Origin: Escherichia phage vB_vPM_PD112
Length of the DNA: 64,000 nucleotides
Strand: one strand, 5' to 3'
Sequence record: NC_054928.1
Shown here: positions 63,138 through 64,000 of the stretch, piece after piece
Numbering within the stretch: the stretch's first letter is position 1
Layout of the letters: each line of letters begins with the position of its first letter
The notes under the pieces: model-generated
The model's database searches: none
Seen by the model: the letters and a program-made list of their open reading frames with translations, nothing else
What the model was told of the DNA's origin: nothing
Translations under genes and position numbers: made by a program

Positions 63138-63803
63138 TTATAATAGTGTTCTTGTTCCACGAAATACTTCGAGCATTCTTGCATAAGATTTATTTGGAAA
63201 TCCAGCCTCAATTGCTAATTTTTTAAGCTTAATAGCACCGGGTTTTCCAGAGTTTTCCCATATTTCTTTAATCTTTTCAATGTTACCCCACATTATTGGG
63301 TCACGTTTATGTGATGGTTTATTTCTATTATAACCATATGGATTATTAAGCAAAGCTTCTTTTCGTCTTGCTTTAGTTTCTTCTGACTGCTTTTTGCCTA
63401 GCTGGACTTTCCGGCAAACATCACTAAATCCAAGATGTTTTGGTTTTCCTTTTTGAGCTTTCGAAATTTTTTCTTTAGTTTCTGATGAAACTCTATAACC
63501 AATTCTTCTACCACCCTCTCCGCCAATTTTTAAATTATAGGTCATAGGATCATTTACAACATCTATTGTTACTAATTCTCTTTCAGCATCCCGGGCTGAT
63601 TTAAAATCTTTATAAAACCCAAGAATGCTTAAATTAAAATTTTTCTTACCATACTTTTTCTTGGCTTGTGCTAATAAAGTTCCTGACCCCAGATAACCAT
63701 CATTTAAGTCATCGGTTGAATGAGTTCCGTAGTAAATTTTATTATTAACTAAATTAGTTATAACATAAGTATAATTATATTTCTTTTCTTTGTGTCTTTT
63801 CAT
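63138..63803 (-). mobile_element. segA: GIY-YIG homing endonuclease SegA-like
   Basis: 221 aa from ATG at 63803 (track start is TTG-extended); GIY-YIG motif YTYVITN...KIYYGTHS. Confidence 0.8.
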
Positions 63804-63807
63804 GTCA

Positions 63808-64000
63808 TTAATCAACTGCTATTGGATGAATAGCATTAAACTTATGAAACGCTTCTGATTTTTCTTTGCGCGAAACACACATGCGAAGAACCTTTAATGG
63901 CTCGTCTTCTTCACCCAACGATTTTCGTTTTTCAATATTAGAAGTTTTCCAACGAGCTTGCTCTGGAAATTCTCTATTGATTTGCTCGAGAGCTCTATTA
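63808..64000 (-). CDS. partial CDS, C-terminal end of upstream gene (possibly bgt by synteny)
   Basis: Open frame on minus strand ending ...FHKFNAIHPIAVD stop at 63808-63810. Confidence 0.3.
   Translation of the reverse strand, partial: NRALEQINREFPEQARWKTSNIEKRKSLGEEDEPLKVLRMCVSRKEKSEAFHKFNAIHPIAVD

Overview
This window reads as a contiguous segment of a T4-like myovirus (Tequatrovirus-type) genome, collinear with phage T4 across the T4 map origin. Order along the window: gene 30.x ORFs, rIII, 31, cd, pseT, alc, rnlA(63), denA, nrdB, nrdA, td, frd, 32, 59, 33, dsbA, rnh (all minus strand); long tail fibre genes 34-35-36-37-38 and holin t (plus strand); then asiA, arn, motA, 52, ac, stp, ndd, denB, rIIB, rIIA, 60/mobA/39, goF, cef, dexA, dda, srd, modA, modB, soc, 56, dam, 61, dmd, 41, 40, uvsX, segA (minus strand). 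Identifications rest on my recall of T4 protein sequences, sizes and synteny; no database search was run. The supplied ORF track extends many ORFs to non-ATG or upstream starts, and I corrected starts where I could. No rRNA, tRNA or CRISPR array was seen. Main differences from the T4 reference as I recall it: short ORF-less group I introns in td and nrdB, a T2-type gp37/gp38 adhesin module, an extra small ORF between frd and td, and a plus-strand small membrane ORF between dam and 61. The gene 60 translational bypass element and its HNH mobA neighbour are present as in T4. I did not find convincing evidence of an entirely new multi-gene system; the findings below are the observations most worth checking.
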